A stretch of DNA of 64,000 nucleotides, taken from positions 2,688,001 to 2,752,000 of the forward strand of contig OZ245817.1 in NCBI GenBank assembly GCA_965228475.1. Direction: 5' to 3'. Positions 1 to 10,030 of this stretch are shown here, piece by piece. How positions within the stretch are numbered: the stretch's first letter is position 1; every line of letters begins with the position of its first letter. This DNA is from Myxococcota bacterium. Its GTDB lineage: Bacteria > Myxococcota_A > UBA9160 > JAFDDA01. The translations under genes and the position numbers were made by a program. Under the pieces are notes generated by a model, which was not told where the DNA came from, ran no database searches, and saw only the letters and a list, made by a program, of their open reading frames with translations.

Positions 1-1
1 C

Positions 2-253
2 ACGGATCGCACCCTGCTCGGCACCGCCGCGCGGCCCCACGGCCTGCCCTGGGGCCAGCGGGTCGGCGCGAGCCTCGACCACGCGGTCTGGCTGCATCAC
101 CCGCCGCGCTTCGACGGTTGGATCCTGTTCGCGAGTCACAGCCCCGTCGCCCACGCAGCGCGCGGCCTGATCTTCGGCGCGATGTACGACGCCGAGGACC
201 GCTGCATCGCCTCGGTCGCCCAGGAGGGATTGATCCGCATCCCGCGCGACTGA
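2..253 (+). CDS. tesB: Acyl-CoA thioesterase II (TesB family), C-terminal fragment; gene starts before the window
   Basis: Frame 2, translated by hand: ...ASLDHAVWLH...GWILF...ARGL...IASVAQEGLIRIPRD*. SLDH and SVAQEGLIR are typical TesB C-terminal motifs. Confidence 0.85.
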   Translation, partial: TDRTLLGTAARPHGLPWGQRVGASLDHAVWLHHPPRFDGWILFASHSPVAHAARGLIFGAMYDAEDRCIASVAQEGLIRIPRD

Positions 254-376
254 AGCGCGCAGCGTCGCGCAAGCCACGCGCAAGACGGACGCATCGTTTC
301 GAGCACCACAGAAACCGGCCAAGCCCGGGGCCAGAGTGTACGATCCGGTGCCCATGGCCCACGAGCGCGCGCCCCA

Positions 377-3274
377 ATGACGGCTCCGACCCGAACGGAG
401 ACGAGCCCCAGCTCCGCCCACGCGCCGCGCTACGCGACGGCGTGGTGCGCCGTGGCCTTCGGCTCCGGCGCCGCCGCGTTGATCTTCCAGACGCTCTGGT
501 TCCGCGCCGCCGGGCTCTCGCTCGGCAACGGCATCTGGGCGAGCAGCGTCGTGCTCTCGGCGTTCATGGCCGGCCTCGCCCTCGGCAACGGACTCGCCGC
601 CCGGCGCGCGGACGGCGTCGCCCGGCCCGCCCGGCTCTATGCGTGGCTCGAGACGGCCATCGGGGCGAGTGGCTTCCTCGTCGTCGCGGGGCTTCCGTGG
701 CTGACCGTGCTCCTCGGCCCGGTACTCGCTTCCCTCCGCGACACCCCGGAGCTCTTGAACCCCTTCCGCCTGACGCTCGCCTTCGGCGTGTTGATGATCC
801 CGGCAACGGCCATGGGCGCCACGCTGCCGGTGCTCGTGAAGGCGCTCTCCCGGCACGACCCGAGCTTCGGCCGGGTGCTCGGCCGCCTCTACGGATGGAA
901 CACGCTCGGCGCGGTCGCCGGGGCCCTCTCGGGCGAGGCGTTCCTGATCGCCCAGTTCGGCGTGCGCGGAACGGCCGTCGTCGCGCTGGTCGTGAATCTC
1001 CTCTCCGCCGCCGCGGCCCTCGCCCTCGGACGCTCGGCCCACGAGGCCGAGCAGGCGGCACCCGCCGCACGGCCCACGCCTCCCGCGGCCCGGGCCGGCA
1101 TCTCCCGGCTCCTCGTCGCGGCGTTCCTCTCGGGGGCGATCTTCCTCGCGCTCGAGGTCGTGTGGTTCCGCTTCCTCGCGCTCTTCGTGTACGGCACCGG
1201 GCTGGTCTTCACGGTGCTCCTGGCCGTCGTCCTCGCCGGCATCGCGCTCGGCGGGCTGCACGCGGCGCGCTGGCTTCGCGACGGCCGCCGCGCCGCACCG
1301 GCCCTCCCGGCCCTCGCCCTCGCCTCGGCCTGCGCGTCCCTGGCCGGGTACGCGGGATACGGCGCGGTCCTCGACGCGTTCCTCCAACCCGGGCATGCGG
1401 CCGCCGCTCTCTGGCACGTTGCGTTGCTCGCGATCCCCTTGATGGCACCGGCGGCGTGGCTCTCCGGCGTGCTCTTCACCGCGCTCGGTGAGGCCGCCCG
1501 GGAGCGGCTCGGCGGCCAGGCCCGGCCGGCCGGCCTGTTGACCCTCGCCAACACCTTGGGCGGCGCGGTCGGATCCCTCGCCGGAGGATTCCTGCTCCTC
1601 CCCCGCCTCGGCATGGAGGGCTCGATCCTCCTCCTCGCCGGCCTCTACGTGGGCATCGCCGCGCTGACCTTCCCGCAGGCCGGCGAATCGGGCGAACGGG
1701 GGGGCGGACGGCGGCTCGGCGCCGCGGGCGCCCTCGCGTGCGCCCTGCTCGCACTGCTCGCCGTCTTCCCGTACGGCGCGCTGCGCGACCGCCACCTGAT
1801 CCACCCGACGCGCGCCTTCGAGGAGCCGGGCGCGCACATCGCGGCCGTCCGCGAAGGTCTCCTCCAGACGATCGTCCTGGTCGAGACGGAGCGCTTCGGC
1901 CAGCCCCTCCACCATCGGCTGTTCACGGACGGCTTCAGCATGTCGGCGACGACGCCCCACTCGCGGCGCTACATGAAGGCCTACGTCTACCTCCCCGTGG
2001 CACTCCACCCCGCACCGCGCGACGCCCTGCTCATCAGCTACGGCGTCGGCTCGACGGCCAAGGCGCTGACGGACACGCGAGCGCTCGAACGCATCGACGT
2101 GGTCGACATCTCTCCCGACGTCCTGGCGACGAGCGCCCTCATCTTCCCGGAACCCGGGAGCGACCCGCTCGACGACCCGCGCGTGACCGTGCACGTCGAA
2201 GACGGACGTTTCTTTCTGCAGACGACGAGCCGACGCTACGACCTCATCACGAGCGAGCCGCCGCCGCCCAAGTACGCCGGCGTCGTGAACCTCTACAGCC
2301 GCGAGTACTTCGAGCTGATCCGCGAGCGGCTGAACGAGGGCGGGCTCGTGACCTACTGGCTCCCGGTCCACAACCTCTCGGAATCCGACGCCCTGGCGAT
2401 CTCGCGGGCCTTCTGCGACGCCTTCGCCGACTGCACGCTCTGGAGCGGCGCCGGAATGGACTGGATGCTCGTCGGGACCCGCGGCGGGCTCTCACCGGTC
2501 GACGAGGCCCAGTTCGCGCGCCAGTGGCAGGACCCCGTCGTCGGGCCGGAGCTGCGGGCCGTCGGCTTCGAGTCGCCCGAGTTCCTCGGCGCGACGTTCC
2601 TGGCCGGCACCGAGACGCTGCGCGCGTGGACCGCCGACGTGGCGCCGGTCGTCGACGACTTCCCTCTGCGCATCTCCCACGAGCCCGTGACGCCCTCGGA
2701 CACCCATGCCTCCACCTTCTTCCGCGACGTGCTGGCGGTCGGCGCGGCGGCCCGTGAGTTCGACGCCAGCCCCTTCGTCCGTTCGCTCTGGCCGGAGGCG
2801 CTGTTCGAGCGGACGCGGCGCGTCTTCCCCTGGCAGCGAATCGTGAACTCCCGGCTCGTCTACGACGGCGGCGCGGCGACCGAGCGCGACCTGCATGCCG
2901 TCCTCACGGAGACGGAGCTGCGCACCCTTCCGCTCTGGCTCCTCGGAACCGAGGTCGAGGAGGTCGCCTTCGCACGGAAGGCCGCCGCAGGGAACGGAGC
3001 CACCGCGAAGGCAGAGCCGATCCGCGCCTTCGGGAGCCTCGCCGAGCGGGACTACGCCGCCGCCTCCGAATGGCTCGCGCGAGCGCGCCGGAGCGACCCG
3101 GCCGATGCCCGCATCGCGAGCCTCGAGGTCTACGCCCTCTGCCTGGCCGGCGAGACCGAGCGCGCCGGCGAGCGGGCACGCGCCCTCCTGAGCGATCATC
3201 CCGAAGCGGCGGGCAGCGATGCCTACTGGCGCTTCCTCAACGAAACGTTCTCGCTCCCGGACCCTCGCGTATGA
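377..3274 (+). CDS. Fused MFS-like membrane domain / spermidine-synthase-like class I SAM-binding domain protein (paralog 1)
   Basis: About 13 hydrophobic segments in two repeats (GRLYGWNTLGAVAG and GLLTLANTLGGAVG), then Rossmann motifs LLISYGVGST, VVDIS, EDGR, YDLITSEPPPP and NLYSREYF; short helical C-terminal tail. Confidence 0.85.
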   Translation: MTAPTRTETSPSSAHAPRYATAWCAVAFGSGAAALIFQTLWFRAAGLSLGNGIWASSVVLSAFMAGLALGNGLAARRADGVARPARLYAWLETAIGASGFLVVAGLPWLTVLLGPVLASLRDTPELLNPFRLTLAFGVLMIPATAMGATLPVLVKALSRHDPSFGRVLGRLYGWNTLGAVAGALSGEAFLIAQFGVRGTAVVALVVNLLSAAAALALGRSAHEAEQAAPAARPTPPAARAGISRLLVAAFLSGAIFLALEVVWFRFLALFVYGTGLVFTVLLAVVLAGIALGGLHAARWLRDGRRAAPALPALALASACASLAGYAGYGAVLDAFLQPGHAAAALWHVALLAIPLMAPAAWLSGVLFTALGEAARERLGGQARPAGLLTLANTLGGAVGSLAGGFLLLPRLGMEGSILLLAGLYVGIAALTFPQAGESGERGGGRRLGAAGALACALLALLAVFPYGALRDRHLIHPTRAFEEPGAHIAAVREGLLQTIVLVETERFGQPLHHRLFTDGFSMSATTPHSRRYMKAYVYLPVALHPAPRDALLISYGVGSTAKALTDTRALERIDVVDISPDVLATSALIFPEPGSDPLDDPRVTVHVEDGRFFLQTTSRRYDLITSEPPPPKYAGVVNLYSREYFELIRERLNEGGLVTYWLPVHNLSESDALAISRAFCDAFADCTLWSGAGMDWMLVGTRGGLSPVDEAQFARQWQDPVVGPELRAVGFESPEFLGATFLAGTETLRAWTADVAPVVDDFPLRISHEPVTPSDTHASTFFRDVLAVGAAAREFDASPFVRSLWPEALFERTRRVFPWQRIVNSRLVYDGGAATERDLHAVLTETELRTLPLWLLGTEVEEVAFARKAAAGNGATAKAEPIRAFGSLAERDYAAASEWLARARRSDPADARIASLEVYALCLAGETERAGERARALLSDHPEAAGSDAYWRFLNETFSLPDPRV

Positions 3275-4917
3275 ACCAGGAAGCCTCGATCGAAGCCCCG
3301 GAGAGCTGGCCGGCCACGGTCTGGCTGGCGCTCGCCGCCGCCTTCGTCGCGATCTCGCTCGTGATCGTGTGGCCGGCCATCGACGGCGCCTTCCTCTCCG
3401 ACGACTACATCTACATCGTGAACAATCCCTACGTTCACGGCCTGTCCTGGGAGAACGTTCGGGCGATCCTCGACCCCTACGGCGCCCCGACGATCTACAC
3501 GCTGAACTACGCGCCGGTCCACCTGCTCCTCCACGCCGCGCAGTGGGAGCTCGTCGGCGACTCGACGCGCCTCTACCACGTGTGCAACGCCATCGCCCAC
3601 GGCCTGACGTCGCTGCTCCTGATCCCCTTCTTCCTGCGCGCGGGGATTCCGCGCATCCCGGCGGCCCTCGCCGCCGGTCTCTTCCTCGTGCATCCCGCCA
3701 ACCTCGAGACGGTCGCGTGGATCTTCCAGCTGAAGACGATCCTCGCGGTGGCGCTCTCGATCGGTGCCCTCCTGCTCCACGAGCGGCGGCCCGCCATCGC
3801 CGCGCTGCTCTTCGGCGTCGCGCTGCTCACCAAGGTCACGGCCCTCGGCGTGCTCCCGGTCGTCGCCGTCCAGGCCTGGGTCCGGAGCCGCGGCGAGAAC
3901 CCGGTGCCGCCCCACTGGGGCTGGATCGGCGGCTGGGTGCTGATCGCGCTCTCGATCGCGGTGCCGGAGATGACGGCCTTCCAGCGCCAGAGCGATGCGC
4001 GCATCCTGATCGCCGAGGACCCGCTGGCCCACCTGCGCACGATCTTCGCGATCGCCGCCCGCTATCTCTGGATGGCGGTCAGCTCCGCCAACGTGGCCGC
4101 CTTCCACGAACCGCCCGTGGCGGAGTCCTGGTTCGACCCGTGGTGGCTCTTCGGGCTCGTGGCCCTCGTCGGCATCGGCGTGCGCATCCTGGTGACCCTC
4201 TTCCGCGGCGAGGAGGAAGCCTGCCAGTGGCTCTTCGCGGCGGCCGCCTTCGGGCCGGTCTCCCAGATCTTCCCGTTCATCTTCCCGATGGGCGACCGCT
4301 ACCTCTACCCGATCCTCCCGGGCCTGCTCGGCGCCCTGCTCCTGGCGTTCACCCCCCTCGCCCGAACGCTCGCGGCGCGCGCGCCGGACGTCGCGCCGAG
4401 GGTCGCGCTCGGCCTGACCCTCGCGCTCACCGCCGTCTTTGCCGTGCGGTCCTACGCGCGGGCGCCGGTCTTCGTCGACAACCTGAGCATGATGCAGGAC
4501 GCCGCCCTCGCCTACCCGGACGGCATGCAGGCCTGGATCCTGCGCGGCCACCAGGCGGCCTACGAGGGCGACGGCGCCGCGGCAGCCCACGCCTTCCGCA
4601 AGGCCATCGACCTCGGGTTCTCGGATCTCCAGGCGATGGTCCTGAACCCGCAGCTGCGGCCGCTACGCCGGCACCCCGAGTTCGAGGCCACGCTGCGTCA
4701 CCTCGCGACGACGGACATCGAGCGGCTCGAACTCCACGAGGACCCGGAGCAGTCGGAGCTCCTCCGTCTCTCCCTGGCCTACGAAGTCCGGGGTGAGCTC
4801 GACGAGGCGATCGGTGCGGTCGAGCGGGCGCTCACGGTGCCCGGCCCCTTCGCGGACGACGCCCGCGCGCGCCTGGCGATGCTCCGCGAGCAGCGCGCGA
4901 AGTCCACGCCCCGGTAA
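3271..4917 (+). CDS. TMTC-like GT-C membrane glycosyltransferase with C-terminal TPR-like repeats
   Basis: ATG at 3271 overlaps the upstream stop (ATGA). Motifs FLSDDYIYIVNNP, YHVCNAIAH, LFLVHPANLETVAWI, LLTK and GDRYLYP; multiple TM segments; TPR-like tail. Confidence 0.75.
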   Translation: MNQEASIEAPESWPATVWLALAAAFVAISLVIVWPAIDGAFLSDDYIYIVNNPYVHGLSWENVRAILDPYGAPTIYTLNYAPVHLLLHAAQWELVGDSTRLYHVCNAIAHGLTSLLLIPFFLRAGIPRIPAALAAGLFLVHPANLETVAWIFQLKTILAVALSIGALLLHERRPAIAALLFGVALLTKVTALGVLPVVAVQAWVRSRGENPVPPHWGWIGGWVLIALSIAVPEMTAFQRQSDARILIAEDPLAHLRTIFAIAARYLWMAVSSANVAAFHEPPVAESWFDPWWLFGLVALVGIGVRILVTLFRGEEEACQWLFAAAAFGPVSQIFPFIFPMGDRYLYPILPGLLGALLLAFTPLARTLAARAPDVAPRVALGLTLALTAVFAVRSYARAPVFVDNLSMMQDAALAYPDGMQAWILRGHQAAYEGDGAAAAHAFRKAIDLGFSDLQAMVLNPQLRPLRRHPEFEATLRHLATTDIERLELHEDPEQSELLRLSLAYEVRGELDEAIGAVERALTVPGPFADDARARLAMLREQRAKSTPR

Positions 4918-4929
4918 CGGCGGCGCTCC

Positions 4930-7386
4930 TCAGCCGGCTCCGTTGGCCGCCACCGAGGCCTTTGCCTGCTGGGCCGCCTCGTGCTTCGGCTCGATCCGCA
5001 GCGCCTCGCTGAAGGCCTTGCGGGCGTCCTCTTCCCGGCCCTGCGCCTTGAGGGCGAGGCCCAGGTGGTAGTGGTACTCGGCGACCTCGCGGCCGTTCAC
5101 GCGCGCCAGCTCGATGGCCGAGCGGAACTCGAAGGCCGCCGGCTCGAGCAGGCCCTTCTTCAGGTAGACGAAGCCCAGCGTGTCCGCGACGGCATCGTCA
5201 TCCGGGCGGCCCGCCTTCACGGCGCGCGCCAGCTCGACGGCCCGGTCGAGGTCCTGGCCCTCGGTGGCGAGGACGAAGGCGAGGTCGTTCTGGATCGCGA
5301 GTTCGCCCGGCGCGGCCGCGTGCGCCTCTTCGAGTCGCGCGCGTGCCTCGCCGACCTCTCCACGCTCGAGGCGCAGCCGGCCGACCTGCCAGAGCGATGC
5401 CGCTCCGAGCGTCCCGGCCTCGCGCGCCTCCTCGAGGAGCTCGAGCGCTTCGTCCTGCTTGCCGAGCTCCGTGAAGAACGCGACGAGCATTTCCGGTACG
5501 CGGTACGGGCGGGGGTCGAGCGCGAAGGCCTCGCGGATCGAGGCCTCGGCTTCCTTCCTACGATCGAGCGCCCACAGGATCTGTGCCCGAAGGCCCAGCA
5601 TGGTCCGGCGGCCGACCTTCTCGTTGTAGGCGTCGAGACGCGCGAGCGCCGCCTCGCCCCGGCCGGTCTGGAGATCCGAAAAGACGGCGGCATTCACGAC
5701 CCGGAAGTCGTTCGGGTAGAGCTCCACGGCCTTCATCAGGTAGTCGCGGTTTCGCTCCGGGTCCGTCTGCGACTCGTACCGGTTGTAGAGCAGCACGAGG
5801 TTCACGCGCGGCCGCTCGACGTCGAGCAGGCGCCGCACGATCCGCCGCGCCGCCTCGGTGTTCCCGGTCTCGTAGAGCCCGCGCAGGCGATACTGCCGGA
5901 CGTCGGCGGTGATCGGGAGGCCGAGGCGGAGCAACTCCCGGTAGGAGCGGAGCACGCCGGTCCAGTCGTCCTTGCGGGCGAGCATCCGGATCCGGACGCG
6001 GTGCGGAAGGTTCGTCGCGAGCGGCGCCAGTTCGATGGCCCGGTCCGCCGCCGCAATGGCCGCGTCCGCGTTGCCCTGTCGCGCCTCCGCCACGGCGAGC
6101 TGCCGCAGGACGTCGGCCCGCTCCACCTGCCCGGCCAGGGGGCGGAGGACGTCGAGAGCGCCCTCGACATCATCGCGCTGGAGGGCGAGCTTCGCCTTCG
6201 CGAGCTGGGTCAGGGGGCTCTCGGGGTGCTTCGCCTCGAGCTCCGCGAGGACGCCGGCCGCCCCCTCGAGATCCTTCTTCGAGATGAAGAGCTCGACGCG
6301 CAGGGCCGTCAGGTCGGCGGTGTCCCCCACCTCGCTCGGCAAGGAGGCCAGGTGTTCGAGGGCCTTGTCCTGCTCCCCCTTCTCCTCGAGGAACCGGACG
6401 TAGCCAGCCTGGAGGACCAGGTCATCGGTGCGCCCTTCGAGAGCGCGTGCCCAGACGTCTCCCGCCGAGCCTCCCGCCTGCTCTTCGAGGCGCGCCAGCA
6501 GGCGCCACGCGGCGGCGGAACTCGGGTCGGCCTCGACCCAGCTCTCGAGCGTCCAGCGCGTGAACCCCGTCTCGCGCTCGCGGTTCGCCAGCAGCCGCGC
6601 GTCGCGAACGACGGCCAGCATGCCGCCCTCGTCTTCCTTCTCCTTGGCGATCGCGAAGGCCCGCTTGAAAGCCTCCATCGAGTCCTCGGCGCGGCCCTCC
6701 CAATCCGCATAGGCGAGCGCGATGTGGAGCCAGTCGAACCAGGCTCCCTGCCGCTCGTAGTCGGCCGTGAGCTTCGCGGCGCGCCGGTGCGCGGCGATGG
6801 CCGCTTCGTGAATGGCGTCGGGCGTAGCCTGCCCCGTGGCAGCGAGCTCACGATGGCGGGACCGGTGCACCGCGCCGACCACCCGGTGGGCGACGACGTA
6901 CTCGGGGTCGAGCTCGGTCGCCGTGAGCGCCGAAGCCAGCGCACCCTCCGTATCGGCGCTCAGCAGCTTCAGCTCCGCCATTCGCGTATGCGCTTCCGCG
7001 TTCTGGGGCTCGAGCTCGAGGACCTCTTCGATCAGCGCCCGCGCCGCGTCCGGGTCGCTCGCGTAGAAGGCGGGCGCCTGCTTGAGTGCGGCCTCGGTGT
7101 TCGTCGGGTCGAGCCGGTAGGCCTCGCCGTAGTAGAAGGCCGCGCGCTCCGGCTTGTTCAGCTGGGCGAGCAGCTCGGCCAGCTCCATGTTGAGTTCGCC
7201 GCTCTTCGGGCGCACGCGAAGGGCCGACTGCAGCTCGACCAGCGCCGAGCGCAGGTCGCCCTCTTCCTGGTAGCGCTCCGCCTCGGCGACGTGCTTGGCG
7301 ACGGTCTCCTCCTCGGAAGCGCAACCGACTGCGAAGGCGGCGGCCGCGACGGCGATGACGAACAGGCGAATCGGAGACGAGGACAT
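4930..7386 (-). CDS. Long TPR-repeat lipoprotein (PrsT-like, PEP-CTERM-system associated)
   Basis: Lipobox-like FAVGC; TPR repeats throughout; C-terminal NDLAFVLA...ADTLGFVYLKKG...YHYHLGLAL. ATG at 7386 overlaps the upstream stop (TGATG). Confidence 0.75.
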   Translation of the reverse strand: MSSSPIRLFVIAVAAAAFAVGCASEEETVAKHVAEAERYQEEGDLRSALVELQSALRVRPKSGELNMELAELLAQLNKPERAAFYYGEAYRLDPTNTEAALKQAPAFYASDPDAARALIEEVLELEPQNAEAHTRMAELKLLSADTEGALASALTATELDPEYVVAHRVVGAVHRSRHRELAATGQATPDAIHEAAIAAHRRAAKLTADYERQGAWFDWLHIALAYADWEGRAEDSMEAFKRAFAIAKEKEDEGGMLAVVRDARLLANRERETGFTRWTLESWVEADPSSAAAWRLLARLEEQAGGSAGDVWARALEGRTDDLVLQAGYVRFLEEKGEQDKALEHLASLPSEVGDTADLTALRVELFISKKDLEGAAGVLAELEAKHPESPLTQLAKAKLALQRDDVEGALDVLRPLAGQVERADVLRQLAVAEARQGNADAAIAAADRAIELAPLATNLPHRVRIRMLARKDDWTGVLRSYRELLRLGLPITADVRQYRLRGLYETGNTEAARRIVRRLLDVERPRVNLVLLYNRYESQTDPERNRDYLMKAVELYPNDFRVVNAAVFSDLQTGRGEAALARLDAYNEKVGRRTMLGLRAQILWALDRRKEAEASIREAFALDPRPYRVPEMLVAFFTELGKQDEALELLEEAREAGTLGAASLWQVGRLRLERGEVGEARARLEEAHAAAPGELAIQNDLAFVLATEGQDLDRAVELARAVKAGRPDDDAVADTLGFVYLKKGLLEPAAFEFRSAIELARVNGREVAEYHYHLGLALKAQGREEDARKAFSEALRIEPKHEAAQQAKASVAANGAG

Positions 7387-9806
7387 CAAGAGGCTCCCTG
7401 GTCGAGGCGTGCGAGTTCGGAGCGAGCGGCGTCGGCTTCGGGGAAGGGACCCCCGTCGAGGGCCTGGCGGAACAGGTCCGCCGCTCGAGCCCGGTCTCCG
7501 GTTTCGACGAGCGCGAGGCCCAGGCGGTAGGCGACCGACGGGGACGCATCCTCCTTGGCGAGCGCACGCTCGAAGGTGCTGACGGCGGCGCCGTGCTCGC
7601 CGCGCCGGTACTGGACCCAGCCGAGCGTATCCAGGACCGCAGGGGACGGGTCCGAGGCGCTCGCTCGGGTCGCCAGCGCCAGGGCCCGGTCGAGATCCTC
7701 GCCACGCTCGGCGAGGATCCAGGCGAGGTCGTTGCTCGCGTGGGCGTGCAGGGCGTCGCGCTGGAGCACCTGGGTCAGACGCTTCTCGGCCTCGGCTTCC
7801 CGACCGGCCGCGAGTTCGATCTGCGCGGCCTGATACGGGTAGGCCGCGTTGACCTCGTCGAGCTCGCTGGCCCGGTCGAGCAGCTCACGAGCCGGGCCGG
7901 GCTGACCCGCAGCCATGAGCAGGGCCGCCTTGGCTTCGTGGGCCGGTGCGTAGGTCGGTTCGATCTCGATGGCGCGGTCGAGCACCGCGATGGCCTCGTT
8001 GCCCCGGCCGAGGTTCACGAGGACCCGCCCGCGGATGTCCTGGTAGGCGGCCATCCCGGGATGGGCCGCGGCGGCCGCTTCGGCCCGGGCCAGGGCCTTC
8101 TGCCCCTGACCGTCCTGCACGAGCAGATCGCACAGCAAGCGCAGCGCGGGCTCGTTGGCGGGGTCGTTCCAGTCGAGGCCGGAGGACTCGAGCTCGCGGA
8201 TGGCCGCAGCCGGGCCGCTCTCCTCGAGCGCGAACTGCGCCAGCTCCGTCGAGGCCGCGAGCGTGTTCCCGGTGCTCTTGGCCAGCCGCTCCAGAACGTT
8301 GCGAGCCATGTCGTGGCGACCGGCGGCCCAGTGGCCGCGCGCCAGCAACACGGCGGCGGAATCGATGCGGGGCCCGGTCTTGTCCTCCGCGTTCTCGAGC
8401 ATCATCGCCGCGGTCGCGACCGCCTGGGCCGGGCGGCCGAGCTTCAGGTAGATGAGGGCGAGCTCGAGCGGCGCGTCGGTGCTGTCCATGCCGGAGCGGG
8501 TGGCTTCACGCAGCTCGGAGAGGGCGCGGTCGAGATCGCCCCGCGCCATGGCCGCCTTGGCGGCCAGGTAGCGAGCACCGGCATTGTTCGGCCACTCGTG
8601 GAGACCGGCGTCGAAATGCTCGAGCGCCTTCTCGGGCTCGCCGCGCAGGAAGGCGATCCGGCCGAGGGTGACGTTGCGATAGGCCGCCCCCTCGATCTCC
8701 TCCGCGACCGTCGCCGCCCGGTCGATCTGGCCCGCGTCCGCCAAGGCGCCGGCATGCCGGAAGCGCAGGAGGTCGGTCTCCCCGGGGAGCAGCTCGAGCG
8801 CCCGCTCGAAGGAGGTCAGGGCGTCGTCGAAGCGCTCCTGCCCCCGATAGTAGTCCGAGAGCGTGATCCAGGACTGGGGCGAATCGAAGAGCTCGGTGGC
8901 CTCGAGCAGCACCTTCTCGGCTTCCTCGTTCTTGTCCGACGCGACCAACAGGTCGGCCAGCCGCCCGCGGAGTTCTAGATCGCCCGGGTCGTTCTCGAGG
9001 GCGGTCTGCACCAGCTCCGTGGCCCGCTCGTCGCGGTCGTGCTGCTCGAGGAAGTCGATCACGAAGCCGAGCACGCCGCGGTCGTAGGGAAAGCGTTCGA
9101 GCAGGGCCTCGAGCTGACGATCGGCGGCCTCCATGTCCTCCCGGTGGTAGGCAAACAGCTTGACCAGCGTGATGCCCGCGCGACCGGCGGCGGGCGTCTT
9201 CCCGCGCTCGGGATCGTTCCAGATGCGAAGGATCACCTCCTCGGCTTCGTCGATGCGCTCCGCACCCATGTACGCCCGGGCCATCAGCGCGAGCGCTTCC
9301 GGGTCCTGCTTGTCGAGGGCGAGAAGACGATCGATGTCCTCGAGGGCCGCGTCCCAGTTGCGCGCGTTCAAGTGGGCGGCGCAGCGCAGGCGGAGCGCTC
9401 CGGAGCGGATGACCAGGTCCGAGGGATCGCGAGCCAGCACGCGGTCGGCGGAGGCGATCGACGAGTCGTGCTGGTTGAGCTGAAGGTAGGCGGCACCCAG
9501 GGCCAGGTCGGCATGGTCCGCGAACTCCGGATCGCGGCCCGCGACCTCGAGCGGCCAGATCGCCAGCGCGGGCTCGAGCAACCGGATCTGGGCACTCCCG
9601 AGCAGGAGGTTGGCTTCCGGATGATCCGGCTCGGTCTCGAGCAGGGCCTGGAGGGTCGTGATCGACTCCTTCCACGAGCCGATTTCCTGCTGGAGCTTCG
9701 CGTCCGCGAGCTGGTCTTCCACACTCTTCTGGCAGCCCAGGGCGAGTACCAGGAGAAGGGGCAACGCGAGACAGGAACGGATCCCGACGCGACGGGAGAT
9801 GGTCAT
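7386..9806 (-). CDS. Long TPR-repeat lipoprotein (PrsT-like, PEP-CTERM-system associated)
   Basis: Lipobox LALGC; many TPRs; C-terminal NDLAWILA...LDTLGWVQYRRG...YRLGLAL; GGAGG RBS upstream. Confidence 0.75.
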   Translation of the reverse strand: MTISRRVGIRSCLALPLLLVLALGCQKSVEDQLADAKLQQEIGSWKESITTLQALLETEPDHPEANLLLGSAQIRLLEPALAIWPLEVAGRDPEFADHADLALGAAYLQLNQHDSSIASADRVLARDPSDLVIRSGALRLRCAAHLNARNWDAALEDIDRLLALDKQDPEALALMARAYMGAERIDEAEEVILRIWNDPERGKTPAAGRAGITLVKLFAYHREDMEAADRQLEALLERFPYDRGVLGFVIDFLEQHDRDERATELVQTALENDPGDLELRGRLADLLVASDKNEEAEKVLLEATELFDSPQSWITLSDYYRGQERFDDALTSFERALELLPGETDLLRFRHAGALADAGQIDRAATVAEEIEGAAYRNVTLGRIAFLRGEPEKALEHFDAGLHEWPNNAGARYLAAKAAMARGDLDRALSELREATRSGMDSTDAPLELALIYLKLGRPAQAVATAAMMLENAEDKTGPRIDSAAVLLARGHWAAGRHDMARNVLERLAKSTGNTLAASTELAQFALEESGPAAAIRELESSGLDWNDPANEPALRLLCDLLVQDGQGQKALARAEAAAAAHPGMAAYQDIRGRVLVNLGRGNEAIAVLDRAIEIEPTYAPAHEAKAALLMAAGQPGPARELLDRASELDEVNAAYPYQAAQIELAAGREAEAEKRLTQVLQRDALHAHASNDLAWILAERGEDLDRALALATRASASDPSPAVLDTLGWVQYRRGEHGAAVSTFERALAKEDASPSVAYRLGLALVETGDRARAADLFRQALDGGPFPEADAARSELARLDQGAS

Positions 9807-10030
9807 GAGGCCTCCGGCGGAAAAAAAAGAACGCGCGAGTATAGCCGCGGAACCCGCGGGGACGAGCGGCTCCCAAGCTTCATCGGCGCCTCGCGGCCAG
9901 GCTGGAGACGCGAGCGGCGAAATCCCACTCTCGAGGGGAGGTTACGACCCTCCCCCGGGCCCGACGACGCGCCGCGGAACGGACCCTGGGTACGTCGAAC
10001 CGGGACGCACAGGGCAATTCCATGCGCCAG

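Noticed and set aside
306..316. CCACAGAAACC shared with 51407-51417 upstream of two modification genes
   Set aside because: An 11-bp match among several kb of intergenic DNA is within chance expectation.
9821..9828. A8 homopolymer as a phase-variation tract for the TPR operon
   Set aside because: It is short and lies in the presumed 5' UTR, not in a coding frame or promoter spacer.
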